Part shown: one piece after another, positions 18,060 through 27,486 of the stretch
Layout: each line of letters starts with the position of its first letter
Numbering within the stretch: the stretch's first letter is position 1
Assembly: GCA_030826765.1 (NCBI GenBank)
Contig: JAUUDM010000012.1
Span: 8,664-72,663 of the forward strand
DNA from: Nautiliales bacterium
Lineage (GTDB): Bacteria; Campylobacterota; Campylobacteria; Campylobacterales; JAADDX01
Reading direction: 5' to 3'
Length of the DNA stretch: 64,000 nt
The notes under the pieces: model-generated
Seen by the model: the letters and a program-made list of their open reading frames with translations, nothing else
What the model was told of the DNA's origin: nothing
Database searches by the model: none
Program-made: the position numbers and the translations under genes

Positions 18060-20603
18060 TTATCTTTTTAGATCTAATAATGTTTGAAGCATTGTATCAG
18101 ATGTAGTAATCGTTTTTGAGTTTGCTTGAAAACCTCTTTGAATAACTATAAGTTCGGTTAAACTTTTACTTAAATCTACATTACTCATCTCTAATGCACT
18201 TGATTCAATACCTCCTCTACCTCCTGTTCCAGCAGTTCCTATGATAGGATCACCTGAATTGGCACTTGCGCTAAATAAGCTTCCACCTTCATGCATAAGT
18301 CCTTCATTATTTACAAATTTAGCCATAGCTACTTGTGCTAATGAATAACTTCTTCCATTTGTAAATACACCAATAATAGTACCTGTTTGATCTATTGTTA
18401 AATCTTGAAGATCACCTCCAGGATAACCATCTTGAGTTTGTCCTGAAGTTGCACTTGGTGCATCAAAGCTTGTAAGACCTCCAAATCCATTTAGATTACC
18501 AAAGTTAAGTTGAACAGCTTGACCTGCATCACTACCATTATTTGGATTAAATATTAAACTAGGAGGATTAAAACTATTTAAACTTCCATCAGGATTGAAT
18601 TTAACATATCCATTTGCTGGATTATCAAGTGTTGATGGGCTTGGTACATCGGCATAAAATTTCCATACAGTTGGATCATTAGCACTAGTTGAAGTATGTG
18701 TTTTTCTATAATGTACTGTTAATGTATGTTTACTTCCAAGTGTATCAAAAATATCTAAACTTGTTGTATGCGTTGCTGCATTCATGGTTTGTGAAAGTGC
18801 TGTTCCACCAGCTGCAACTGTTCCATTTACTGAACTAAAAGCATCAGTGAATAGTTGATTGTCATGATCTGCATCAGGATAACCATTTATTGATATATTA
18901 AAAGAGTTAGAAGAAGTGTTTTTTATACTTAGTTTTCCATCTTTTAATGTAACAATACCACTATTTCCTGATGTTGAATTTAATGGATCACCACTATCAT
19001 CTACTGCTTGTTGCCATAAATTTTCTAAATCTGAAATATCATGAAAATAGTAAATATCATTTTTTCTAAATTCGTTTGTATCAGCATTTGTTCCATTTAG
19101 ACCTGATAAAATTACTCCCATTCTTCCTTCATTTGTTGTAGAATCAGAAGTAACTATATTTCCACTACTATCTTGAACTTCTACATTAATAATTACACTA
19201 CCATCACTTTCATGCATTTTTCCATTTGAAAAAGTAATAGTATCGTTTTCATCATTATCTGATAAGTCTTTATTTAAAGAACAACATAATTCAGAGATAG
19301 TTTGAAAATCTTTTCCATATGTATAAGTATATGTGTTACCATCTTTATCAGTAAACTTTACTTTTTGATTTACATTAAAAAAAGCCCTTTCATTATTAGA
19401 GTCATAAGTCCAGTGCATACCTTCATTTGAATCAGATGTAATAGGCTCTTTTGCCTGGTAGCTTCCTGCAGATCCACCACAACTACTATTTCCATTTATT
19501 GGTTGAGATGTATAAATAAATTTTCTATTTTCTCCTAACTGTTCTATATTAGTAATAAGTCCTTGTCCATCAGATAAATTAAAAGCATCACCATTTTCAT
19601 TGAAAAGTTCTCCTACATCATCTGCACCAATAAAAGCATTTTGAGTATGTTTAATGTTTTCACTTGTTGTAGATGCACCATTTAGAGCTTTTAATGTTTC
19701 TGCTAATTTTGATGTATTTGATGTGGTGTCAAATGTTATTGAATTATTAGGATCACTTATTCTACCATCACCATTTAGAAATACTTTGTAATTTGTTTCA
19801 CCTGTAGTATCTTTTATTCTTGAATTGATTTCATCTAACAATTCTTTAATGGTTGTAAATTTTCCATCAGTATCTGATGTGCTTTTCCCATAAGTTAGTG
19901 TAACCGTATCTTGTGAACCATCTTTTTTTGTTAACACAAATTTAAAATGATCAACATCTTCTGTTAAACTTATTTTTTCTCCAATAGCGTTAAATGTTCC
20001 ATTTAAATCATCAGTAGGAAGTAAAGTTGCATCAGTATTTGACATCTCTTTTATAGTGTCACCACTATTAAGATTTGCTTTAATTGAAATTTCGCTTGTA
20101 GGATTAGCAGGAGTTGTAAGACCAGGTGGAATAGAAATAGGCTTTACTCCTGCACTTGAATCAATTTTATTATTTTCATCAGCAAGCCATCCTTCTACTT
20201 TATAACCATTAGAATCTACAAAGTTTCCATTATTATCAAATGTAAAATCTCCAGCACGAGTATATTTACTTGTTTTTCCATTATCACCAGTTACTACAAA
20301 AAATCCATCACCACTTATAGCCATATCTGTTGATTTATCAGTTTTTTGAATACTTCCTTGTTTAAATAAAGTTTCAACACTACTTACAGTAGAACCAAGT
20401 CCTACTTGAAGGGAATTTTTACCACCTAGATCACCTTGTGGTGCAGTAGCAGATTTTTCTGTTTGAGCTAATAAATCTTGAAAATTTGTTCTTGAATACT
20501 TAAATCCAGTTGTGTTTACATTTGCAATATTATTACCTTCTACATCCATTGCAACTTGGTGGGCTTGTAATCCACTAACCCCACTCCATAAACTTCTCAT
20601 CAT
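18060..20603 (-). CDS. flgE: Flagellar hook protein FlgE (large epsilonproteobacterial type)
   Basis: 847 aa. The N-terminus is MMRSLWSGVSGLQAHQVAMDVEGNNIANVNTTGFK and the C-terminus is LEMSNVDLSKSLTELIVIQRGFQANSKTITTSD. It has a large central insertion, SD AAGGAG 6 nt upstream, and its own sigma54 promoter. Confidence 0.9.
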   Translation of the reverse strand: MMRSLWSGVSGLQAHQVAMDVEGNNIANVNTTGFKYSRTNFQDLLAQTEKSATAPQGDLGGKNSLQVGLGSTVSSVETLFKQGSIQKTDKSTDMAISGDGFFVVTGDNGKTSKYTRAGDFTFDNNGNFVDSNGYKVEGWLADENNKIDSSAGVKPISIPPGLTTPANPTSEISIKANLNSGDTIKEMSNTDATLLPTDDLNGTFNAIGEKISLTEDVDHFKFVLTKKDGSQDTVTLTYGKSTSDTDGKFTTIKELLDEINSRIKDTTGETNYKVFLNGDGRISDPNNSITFDTTSNTSKLAETLKALNGASTTSENIKHTQNAFIGADDVGELFNENGDAFNLSDGQGLITNIEQLGENRKFIYTSQPINGNSSCGGSAGSYQAKEPITSDSNEGMHWTYDSNNERAFFNVNQKVKFTDKDGNTYTYTYGKDFQTISELCCSLNKDLSDNDENDTITFSNGKMHESDGSVIINVEVQDSSGNIVTSDSTTNEGRMGVILSGLNGTNADTNEFRKNDIYYFHDISDLENLWQQAVDDSGDPLNSTSGNSGIVTLKDGKLSIKNTSSNSFNISINGYPDADHDNQLFTDAFSSVNGTVAAGGTALSQTMNAATHTTSLDIFDTLGSKHTLTVHYRKTHTSTSANDPTVWKFYADVPSPSTLDNPANGYVKFNPDGSLNSFNPPSLIFNPNNGSDAGQAVQLNFGNLNGFGGLTSFDAPSATSGQTQDGYPGGDLQDLTIDQTGTIIGVFTNGRSYSLAQVAMAKFVNNEGLMHEGGSLFSASANSGDPIIGTAGTGGRGGIESSALEMSNVDLSKSLTELIVIQRGFQANSKTITTSDTMLQTLLDLKR

Positions 20604-20633
20604 AATATACTCCTTACGTTACATATTTTATGT

Positions 20634-20650
20634 AAGCAAAAAATATTCCA
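20634..20650 (-). promoter_or_regulatory. Sigma54 (RpoN) -24/-12 promoter for flgE
   Basis: The minus strand reads TGGAATATTTTTTGCTT. GG and GC fall at positions 2-3 and 14-15, exactly as in the consensus TGGCACG-N4-TTGCW. It lies between the flgE2 stop and the flgE SD. Confidence 0.7.
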
Positions 20651-22621
20651 TTATCTTTTCATATCTATAGCTTTTTGAATCATTTGGTCAGATGTAGTTA
20701 TAGATTTAGAGTTTGCTCCAAATGCTTTTTGCATAACTATAAGCTCTGTAAGTGCATTTGACATTGAAACATTTGAAGTTTCTAATGCATAATTTTTTAT
20801 TTTGGCACCTGAGAAATATTTTCCTTCACTATTTAGATATGTGAATGCTTTACCAGAATTTGAAGTTTCTGTGTAGTTTTGCCCACCTACATTATCAAGA
20901 CCTTGTTCATTTTGAAAATGAAAAAGGGGAAGAGCACCAATAACTCCGTCTCTTCCATTAGAAAAGTTAGCTATGATTCTTCCTTCTTGATCAATATCAT
21001 ATTTTTGTAAATTACCATTTAATAGACCATTTTGTGAATATTGAAAACCTATGTTTTGTTTATCAAATGAAGTTAAACCTGTAAAATTACCACCAAAATC
21101 AATAGTTGCATTTGTTCCATTATTATCAATATTTATCGTTGTTGGTGTTAATAATCCACCATCTTTATCAAATGTAAAATTTTGATTTGTTGTGGATACA
21201 ATAGTTCCATCAGGCAGGGTTTCTTTAATAGTGGCGTTCCAAGTAGTTATATTACTATCTATTTTTATTTTTTTAAAATCAAACTTAAGAAAATTTTTAT
21301 TACCATTTGAATCTATAATATCTCCAGAAAAACCTTGATAATCATGGTTAAAAATCAAAGAATTACTTGCTGTATGAGAATTTATTTGATTTCCTAACCT
21401 TCCTAAATTTTGAAAAAACATATCATTTGTATTGTTTGCTTTTAAAGAAATAGCTTGAATAGGAGTATCTGCATCATTTTGTATATATAATTTTCCTTGG
21501 TTATCTATTCCTACTGTAGTTGTATTAGGATAAACATTATTTGCTAAATTTTGTAATTCATTAGTAAAATCATTAATTGTAGTAAATTCCCCCTTAGTAG
21601 TATCAGCATTTGAATTATATGTTAAAATTTCTGCACTTGCATTTTGGAAAAAATCTCCATTATTATGTTTTATTATTAGTTTAGAATTTGATTTTATAGT
21701 TATTCCATTATTTGTTTTATTATATAGAATATTATTATTATCTAATTTTTGAGCTATAGCATTTATTATATCACTTTTGCTGCTTCCATCTGGTAATGTT
21801 AGTTTTATATTTACTCCATTTACATCAAAATCAATATTTACATCTTTTCCATCAACAATATCATCATTTATACAGTTATCTATTTTTATAAGTCCTGATT
21901 CATATGATATATTATCTCCAAATCCAAATAATAAATTTTGACCATTTTGTAAGTTCATATTATTTTTATCAATATTATATAAAACTCCAAAATCGCTATT
22001 TATATCAGCAGGCTTAACATTATCAGCTACATTTCCATTATTTAAATTTCCAGATAAAGATAGTTTTGTAGAAGCTTGGGCTGGGAAAATGATAGAGTCT
22101 GGAACTGCTAAAGGAGTTAAAGAAGTAGTATTGTTAAAAATATTTGAAGTATCTATATTAGCATTAAATTTCCATTCATTACCATCATTTGATAAAGTTT
22201 TAGCATCAATACCCAAAACTTTTTCACCATTAGCATTAACTAAAGTTCCTGTATTATCTCTTACAAAATTTCCAGCTCTTGTATAAAATTCTTCCTGATT
22301 CTCTCCTTGAACTTTAAAAAATCCATTACCTTCTATAGCTATATCAAACACATTATCACTGTTTTGCAAATTTCCTTGCTTTGTATTCATTGTGGTTACA
22401 GCTTCAGTGCCACCTAATCCAATATTACTTTGAACTATTGCTGAATCTATAGTCATACCAGTATATGTAGATGTGTTTCCTGAGGCAAATAATGTTTTAA
22501 AGTCAACATTTTGAGATTTATAAGCAGTTGTGTTTATATTGGCTATATTATCACCCCATACATCTATAGCAAATTGATATGTTTTAATACCACTTACACC
22601 ATTATAAAAAGATATATTCAT
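20651..22621 (-). CDS. Flagellar hook-family paralog (FlgE2-like hook/basal-body protein)
   Basis: 656 aa. The N-terminus is MNISFYNGVSGIKTYQFAIDVWGDNIANINTTAYK and the C-terminus is LETSNVSMSNALTELIVMQKAFGANSKSITTSD. It follows flgD, as in the H. pylori fliK-flgD-flgE2 arrangement. Confidence 0.8.
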   Translation of the reverse strand: MNISFYNGVSGIKTYQFAIDVWGDNIANINTTAYKSQNVDFKTLFASGNTSTYTGMTIDSAIVQSNIGLGGTEAVTTMNTKQGNLQNSDNVFDIAIEGNGFFKVQGENQEEFYTRAGNFVRDNTGTLVNANGEKVLGIDAKTLSNDGNEWKFNANIDTSNIFNNTTSLTPLAVPDSIIFPAQASTKLSLSGNLNNGNVADNVKPADINSDFGVLYNIDKNNMNLQNGQNLLFGFGDNISYESGLIKIDNCINDDIVDGKDVNIDFDVNGVNIKLTLPDGSSKSDIINAIAQKLDNNNILYNKTNNGITIKSNSKLIIKHNNGDFFQNASAEILTYNSNADTTKGEFTTINDFTNELQNLANNVYPNTTTVGIDNQGKLYIQNDADTPIQAISLKANNTNDMFFQNLGRLGNQINSHTASNSLIFNHDYQGFSGDIIDSNGNKNFLKFDFKKIKIDSNITTWNATIKETLPDGTIVSTTNQNFTFDKDGGLLTPTTINIDNNGTNATIDFGGNFTGLTSFDKQNIGFQYSQNGLLNGNLQKYDIDQEGRIIANFSNGRDGVIGALPLFHFQNEQGLDNVGGQNYTETSNSGKAFTYLNSEGKYFSGAKIKNYALETSNVSMSNALTELIVMQKAFGANSKSITTSDQMIQKAIDMKR

Positions 22622-22624
22622 ATA

Positions 22625-23299
22625 TTACTCCGATACTTCTTTGATAGAAGAGAGAGGAATATAATTATCTGCCATTTTCACTAATGTTTTACCATTATCG
22701 AATTGTACAGAAGTGATTGGATAATATCCTAATTTTGTTGTTTCTTGTGTATTATTAGTTGTTGTATAATCTGCAACGATTGAATATTCTCCATCATCTA
22801 CTGGTTGATTATTATTATCTTTACCATCCCATGTAAAATCTTGAAGACCTTTTTGACCATTTTTTACATCTACATTTTTGACTATATTTCCATTTCTATC
22901 TAGAATTTTTACATTAGCTTCAGTAAAATCATCTTTGAAATATAGTTTAAAAGGAATATTTTGAGTTGAATTTTTTGCATCCACTACAGTTATTTTATTT
23001 TGTCCATTATTAGCCATTTTTCCTATCATTGAAATAGAAGAATATTGTGCACTTGAATCCATTCTATCTATTAATTTTTGTAAATCATTTTTTAAATCAG
23101 TATTACTTTGAAGTTGTGTCATTTGAGATGTTTGTTCTAGCATCTTTTCTGTATCCATAGGTTTAGTAGGATCTTGATATTGGAGTTGTTTTATAAAAAG
23201 TTGCATAAAATCATCTGAAGTTAATTGAGCATTTGGATTTGATGCTACTTGATCATTTGAAATTGTTTTGGTTACACTTGTTGTGCTTGTAACATCCAT
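22625..23299 (-). CDS. flgD: Flagellar hook capping/assembly protein FlgD
   Basis: It has the FlgD N-terminal motif DDFMQLFIKQLQYQDPTKPMD and a FlgD Ig-like C-terminus. ATG 23299 has SD AAGGA at 7 nt, whereas the ORF-track TTG 23329 does not. Confidence 0.85.
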   Translation of the reverse strand: MDVTSTTSVTKTISNDQVASNPNAQLTSDDFMQLFIKQLQYQDPTKPMDTEKMLEQTSQMTQLQSNTDLKNDLQKLIDRMDSSAQYSSISMIGKMANNGQNKITVVDAKNSTQNIPFKLYFKDDFTEANVKILDRNGNIVKNVDVKNGQKGLQDFTWDGKDNNNQPVDDGEYSIVADYTTTNNTQETTKLGYYPITSVQFDNGKTLVKMADNYIPLSSIKEVSE

Positions 23300-23342
23300 G
23301 TTAATATCCTTTTTTAAAGGATTAAGCAAATATTATTCCGTT

Positions 23343-24755
23343 TTATGCATATTTATATTTTGCTTCAATTTCAATATCAGCAATATCTATATCTTCACTA
23401 TTATTTTTATAACTTTTTTTAGCTTGGTTTTGTTTTCTATCTTTGTCATGATTTGAATTAAAATTCATATCTATATTACTAAAACCTATATTACTTAAAG
23501 CTTGTCTAAATTCTGCTTGATGATTTTGAAATAACACTACATTACTTTGGTCAGTATTCATATGTAGTGTAATACTGTTTCCTCTTTGGATTATACTTAC
23601 TTCTACTTTACCTAAATTTTTAGGATTTAGTTCTATATTTACTTTTGATACAGGAGGTTTATAGTTTTTAATAGCTTCATCTAAATTATTTTTAAAATGA
23701 TTGATAGTTTCTTTTGCTAATACTTGTTTTGCTTTTATTTCATTGATATTCACATTAGAATTAATTTGTATATTTGGCTCTATTTGAACTTTTTGTGAAT
23801 TATGTGAAATAGTTTTTTTCACTTTTTCATTTACATTATTATTTAATAAAGAGTTTAAATCTATCTGTTTTGAAGTTTCTTTTTGGAGTGAGTGCTTATT
23901 TGTATTTATTATTTCACTTTTGTTGTTTTGAATAATTTTGTTTGTTTTATTATCTGTTTTTAATTTATTAATATTTGTATTTTTATTATTTTTAGAAGTA
24001 TCTACTTTTAAGTTATTATTAAATTTTATATTTTTATTAGTTTCGATATTTGTTTTAGTTGGATTATTTTTATTTTGTATAATATTTTGAATAGATATTT
24101 GTTTATCACTATTTTTTAGATTTGTTTTATTATGAATAAATGTATTTTTAGTTTCTTTTATTTCCTTTTTTGTAGAAATTATTTCTGAAGTTGATATTTT
24201 ATATTGTTGTTTTATATCTTTTTGTATAGTTTTTTTTATATTATTAAGTAATTTAGGTTTTTCTTTTAAAGTTTTACTTATTTGAAAAGTTATTTGTTCA
24301 ATATTTAATTCTTTTTTATTTGCAAATTTTACTAAATCAGTAATATTATTGATTTTTTTGAAGTTATTTATTTCATTTTTACTTAAGAGTATGTTTTGTT
24401 GTTTTAAAGTACTTTTGATGATATTTTTAATTTCTTTTACTATATCTTGATTAAAATTTATCTTATTCAATATAATATTTAGATTGGGAATATCTTTTAA
24501 AATATTTGTATCTTTTTTATCTAATAGTAAATCTTTTAAAAGCTCTTGAATATCTTTTGTAATATCATCTTTTTCATCTTTGATATTATTTTTAGATTCT
24601 TCTATATTGTTTACTTGTTTATTTTTTATATTTTTTAATAATAAGTCCAAAAAGTTTATATTTTTTTCATCTTTGATATTATCTTTAGAATCAATATTAT
24701 TAGTTTGTTTAGTTTTTATATTTGTTTTTGGTATTTCAATAGCTACGGCTTTCAT
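23343..24755 (-). CDS. fliK: Flagellar hook-length control protein FliK
   Basis: A long N/K/I-rich low-complexity body precedes a C-terminal Flg_hook domain (KVNIELNPKNLGKVEVSIIQRGNSITLHMNTDQSNV...FRQALSNIGF). ATG 24755 has better SD spacing than ATG 24761. Confidence 0.75.
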   Translation of the reverse strand: MKAVAIEIPKTNIKTKQTNNIDSKDNIKDEKNINFLDLLLKNIKNKQVNNIEESKNNIKDEKDDITKDIQELLKDLLLDKKDTNILKDIPNLNIILNKINFNQDIVKEIKNIIKSTLKQQNILLSKNEINNFKKINNITDLVKFANKKELNIEQITFQISKTLKEKPKLLNNIKKTIQKDIKQQYKISTSEIISTKKEIKETKNTFIHNKTNLKNSDKQISIQNIIQNKNNPTKTNIETNKNIKFNNNLKVDTSKNNKNTNINKLKTDNKTNKIIQNNKSEIINTNKHSLQKETSKQIDLNSLLNNNVNEKVKKTISHNSQKVQIEPNIQINSNVNINEIKAKQVLAKETINHFKNNLDEAIKNYKPPVSKVNIELNPKNLGKVEVSIIQRGNSITLHMNTDQSNVVLFQNHQAEFRQALSNIGFSNIDMNFNSNHDKDRKQNQAKKSYKNNSEDIDIADIEIEAKYKYA

Positions 24756-24790
24756 ATACATTTCCTAAATATTAGATTATTATATTTTAT

Positions 24791-24807
24791 AAGCAATAAT
24801 TATTCCT
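24791..24807 (-). promoter_or_regulatory. Sigma54 (RpoN) -24/-12 promoter for fliK-flgD-flgE2
   Basis: The minus strand reads AGGAATAATTATTGCTT, with GG/GC at the canonical 12-nt offset and the same GGAAT-N7-TTGCTT shape as the flgE promoter. It lies about 35 nt upstream of the fliK start. Confidence 0.7.
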
Positions 24808-24843
24808 TTAAAATTTGTTATAATTTAATAAAAAGGTTTTACA

Positions 24844-25812
24844 ATGATAATAAATAAGCCAATAGATATGCATTTACATGTTCGCCAAGGAGATATGCTT
24901 AAAAAAGTATTGCCAGAGACTACTAGTCAATTTGCAGGGGCAGTGATTATGCCTAATACAATTCCTCCAATAACTACACTTGAAGGAGTTTTGAAATATA
25001 AAGAAGAGATTCAAAAAGTTAGTGGTGAAAATTTTACTCCTTTAATGGATGTTTTTTTGCAAGATTTTACAGAAGAAGAGATTAGAGCATTAAAAGATAA
25101 TATTTTTGCTATGAAATTTTATCCAGATGGAATTACTACAAATAGTGAAAGTGGAATTAATTCTATCGAAGATATTTATCCTACATTAGAACTTTTAGCA
25201 AAATATAATATTCCTTTATCAATTCACGGTGAAACGAATGGAAGTATGCTAAATAGAGAAAGAGAATTTGCACCAACTTATGAAAAATTAGCAAGAGATT
25301 TGCCAAATTTAACTATTATGATGGAACATATTTCTACAAAAGAATTAGCCGAGCTTGCTACAAAATATGACAACTTAAAAGCAACGGTAACACTTCATCA
25401 TCTTTTATTAACATTAGATGATTTGTGTGGAGGGGCTTTGAATGTTCATTATTTTTGTAAACCAACAGTAAAATTAGCAACTGATAGAGATGCACTTCAA
25501 GAATTAGTAAAAAGTGGTCACAAAAATGTAATGTTTGGAAGTGATTCTGCTCCTCATCCACTTAAAAATAAATTCAAAGGGGCTGCTGGAATATTCTCAG
25601 CACCTGTGATTTTACCAGCTCTTGCAGAATTTTTCGAAGGAGATGAAAGCAAACTACAAAGATTTATAAGTGATAATGCAATTAATAATTTTAATTTAAA
25701 TGTAGTGGATAAAAGTGTAGAACTTGTAGAAGAAGAGTGGGTAGCACCAAGAATGGTAGGAGAAGTTGTGCCTATGTTTGCTGGAAAAAGATTTAATTGG
25801 AGAGTGAAGTGA
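24844..25812 (+). CDS. pyrC: Dihydroorotase
   Basis: 322 aa with the metal-ligand motif DMHLHVRQG and further amidohydrolase His/Asp motifs (SIHGE, MEHIST, FGSDSAPH). Confidence 0.85.
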   Translation: MIINKPIDMHLHVRQGDMLKKVLPETTSQFAGAVIMPNTIPPITTLEGVLKYKEEIQKVSGENFTPLMDVFLQDFTEEEIRALKDNIFAMKFYPDGITTNSESGINSIEDIYPTLELLAKYNIPLSIHGETNGSMLNREREFAPTYEKLARDLPNLTIMMEHISTKELAELATKYDNLKATVTLHHLLLTLDDLCGGALNVHYFCKPTVKLATDRDALQELVKSGHKNVMFGSDSAPHPLKNKFKGAAGIFSAPVILPALAEFFEGDESKLQRFISDNAINNFNLNVVDKSVELVEEEWVAPRMVGEVVPMFAGKRFNWRVK

Positions 25813-26537
25813 AAATACTTTTTTCTCCAAGTGAGGGAAAAACTACAAAAAAAGAATTTGGACCAATAAATAAAGACAGCTTTATTTTTCCAGAATTGTA
25901 TGAAAAAAGAGAAATAGTTTTAAAAGAGTATGATAAATATATTCACTCATTAAATAATGAAGAATTAAATCAATTTTTTGGTATAAAAAATGGATGTGAA
26001 TATGTTGTGAATATTTTTGAAGAGCCTACTTGTAAGGCGATTGAGAGATATATAGGTGTTGCTTATGATTATTTAGAATATTCTTTATTAGATGAAAATT
26101 CACAAAAATATATTGATGAAAATACACTTATTTTTTCTAATTTGTTTGGAGTGATTAAAGCCAATGATAAACTACCTTTTTATAGAATGAAACAGGGTAA
26201 AAACTTGCCTAATATAGAGATAGATAAATATTATAAAAAAGAATTTTCTAAAAGTTTAGATGAATATTTAGCCAATGAGGTTGTTTTGGATTTAAGAGCA
26301 GGGCATTATGATAAATTCTATAAACCAAAAAACTATATAAGTATGAAATTTGTAAAAAATGGTAAAGTTGTAAGCCATTGGGCAAAAGCTTATAGAGGGA
26401 TAGTTCTAAAAGAAATGGCAAAGAATAAAATCCAAACTGAAAAAGATTTGCTTAATTTACAGATAGATAAATTAACTTTAATAGAAATTCAAGAAACTAA
26501 AAATAAAAAAACTATTATTTATGAAATAAAGGAATAA
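25809..26537 (+). CDS. yaaA: YaaA-family (UPF0246) peroxide stress protein
   Basis: (M)KILFSPSEGK is the typical YaaA N-terminus. GTG 25809 overlaps the pyrC stop (GTGA). The ORF-track TTG 25797 would add 4 residues. Confidence 0.7.
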   Translation: MKILFSPSEGKTTKKEFGPINKDSFIFPELYEKREIVLKEYDKYIHSLNNEELNQFFGIKNGCEYVVNIFEEPTCKAIERYIGVAYDYLEYSLLDENSQKYIDENTLIFSNLFGVIKANDKLPFYRMKQGKNLPNIEIDKYYKKEFSKSLDEYLANEVVLDLRAGHYDKFYKPKNYISMKFVKNGKVVSHWAKAYRGIVLKEMAKNKIQTEKDLLNLQIDKLTLIEIQETKNKKTIIYEIKE

Positions 26538-26538
26538 A

Positions 26539-26883
26539 ATGGCAGAATTAAAATATCTTCCAGCTGGAATTCGTCTTCATGCACAAGAATTTATCTATAA
26601 AATTACAAATAAATTAAATGATAAATATTATATCTCTTTTGCAAATATTGCAGATGGCCTAAAAGCAGAAAAAATTTTAAAAAAAAATAAATTTGATTTC
26701 AAATCAATTCCAGTTCCAGATGATATTTTTGAAGCTTGTGGAGTGGCAATTGTAAGTAATCATTATGAAAATATAGTAAAAGTTTTAAAAGAGAATAATA
26801 TTGAAGTAGAAGTTTTTGTATATGAAAATAATAAACCTGTAAAAATTTATGGTGATTTAGAAAAAGAGGGTTGTAGATTGTAA
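26539..26883 (+). CDS. DUF3343-like small protein
   Basis: 114 aa. The pattern AEKILKKNKFDFKSIPVPDDIFEACGVAI matches the DUF3343 pattern (A.kaek.L......l.P.P..i...CG.ai). Confidence 0.5.
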   Translation: MAELKYLPAGIRLHAQEFIYKITNKLNDKYYISFANIADGLKAEKILKKNKFDFKSIPVPDDIFEACGVAIVSNHYENIVKVLKENNIEVEVFVYENNKPVKIYGDLEKEGCRL

Positions 26884-26961
26884 TATATGTTACTTTTAGT
26901 AACTTTTAAATAATAATTTTTTTCTTTATCTTAGGTATAATTAAGAAAAAAAGGATTTAGA

Positions 26962-27465
26962 ATGGATAGAAGTAAAAGTATAGAGTTATTAAATAAAGCA
27001 GTAGGGGATGAATTGAGTGCAGTTCATCAATATATGTATTTTCATTTTATATTAGATGATTTAGGATATGATTTATTAGCTAATATTTTCAAAAGAACAG
27101 CTATTGAAGAGATGATGCATATTGAGAGATTTGCTGAAAGGATTCTGTTTTTAGGTGGGGATGTAGAAATGAAAGCTTCATCTGAAGTTATAAAAGAAAA
27201 AGATCCAGAAAATATGCTAAAATGGGCTATGGATAGCGAAGAGGGTGCAATTGTAGATTATAATAAATGGGCAATGGAGTGTGCAAATGCAAGTGATTCT
27301 ATGAGTAAACAACTTTTTGAATCAATTATTGCTGATGAAGAGAGACATTTTGATCAATATGATACTGAATATCAAAATCTTAAAAAATTTGGAGATAGAT
27401 ATTTGGCTCAACAAGCAATGGAAAGAAGTAAAACTGTTGGAGGGATGATGCCACCAGCGAATTAA
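26962..27465 (+). CDS. Bacterioferritin-like ferritin-family protein
   Basis: 167 aa with di-iron ligand motifs DELSAVHQY, EEMMHIERF, EEGAIVDY and DEERHFDQ in four-helix-bundle spacing. Confidence 0.75.
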   Translation: MDRSKSIELLNKAVGDELSAVHQYMYFHFILDDLGYDLLANIFKRTAIEEMMHIERFAERILFLGGDVEMKASSEVIKEKDPENMLKWAMDSEEGAIVDYNKWAMECANASDSMSKQLFESIIADEERHFDQYDTEYQNLKKFGDRYLAQQAMERSKTVGGMMPPAN

Positions 27466-27486
27466 TTCATCCTTTTGGATGGATTG

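Noticed and set aside
23343-24761. Repetitive N/K/I-rich DNA in fliK, considered as a possible tandem-repeat or CRISPR-like array
   Set aside because: It is one continuous ORF ending in a Flg_hook domain. The repeats are short, imperfect, low-complexity coding repeats (e.g. KNNIKDEK) with no regular repeat-spacer structure.
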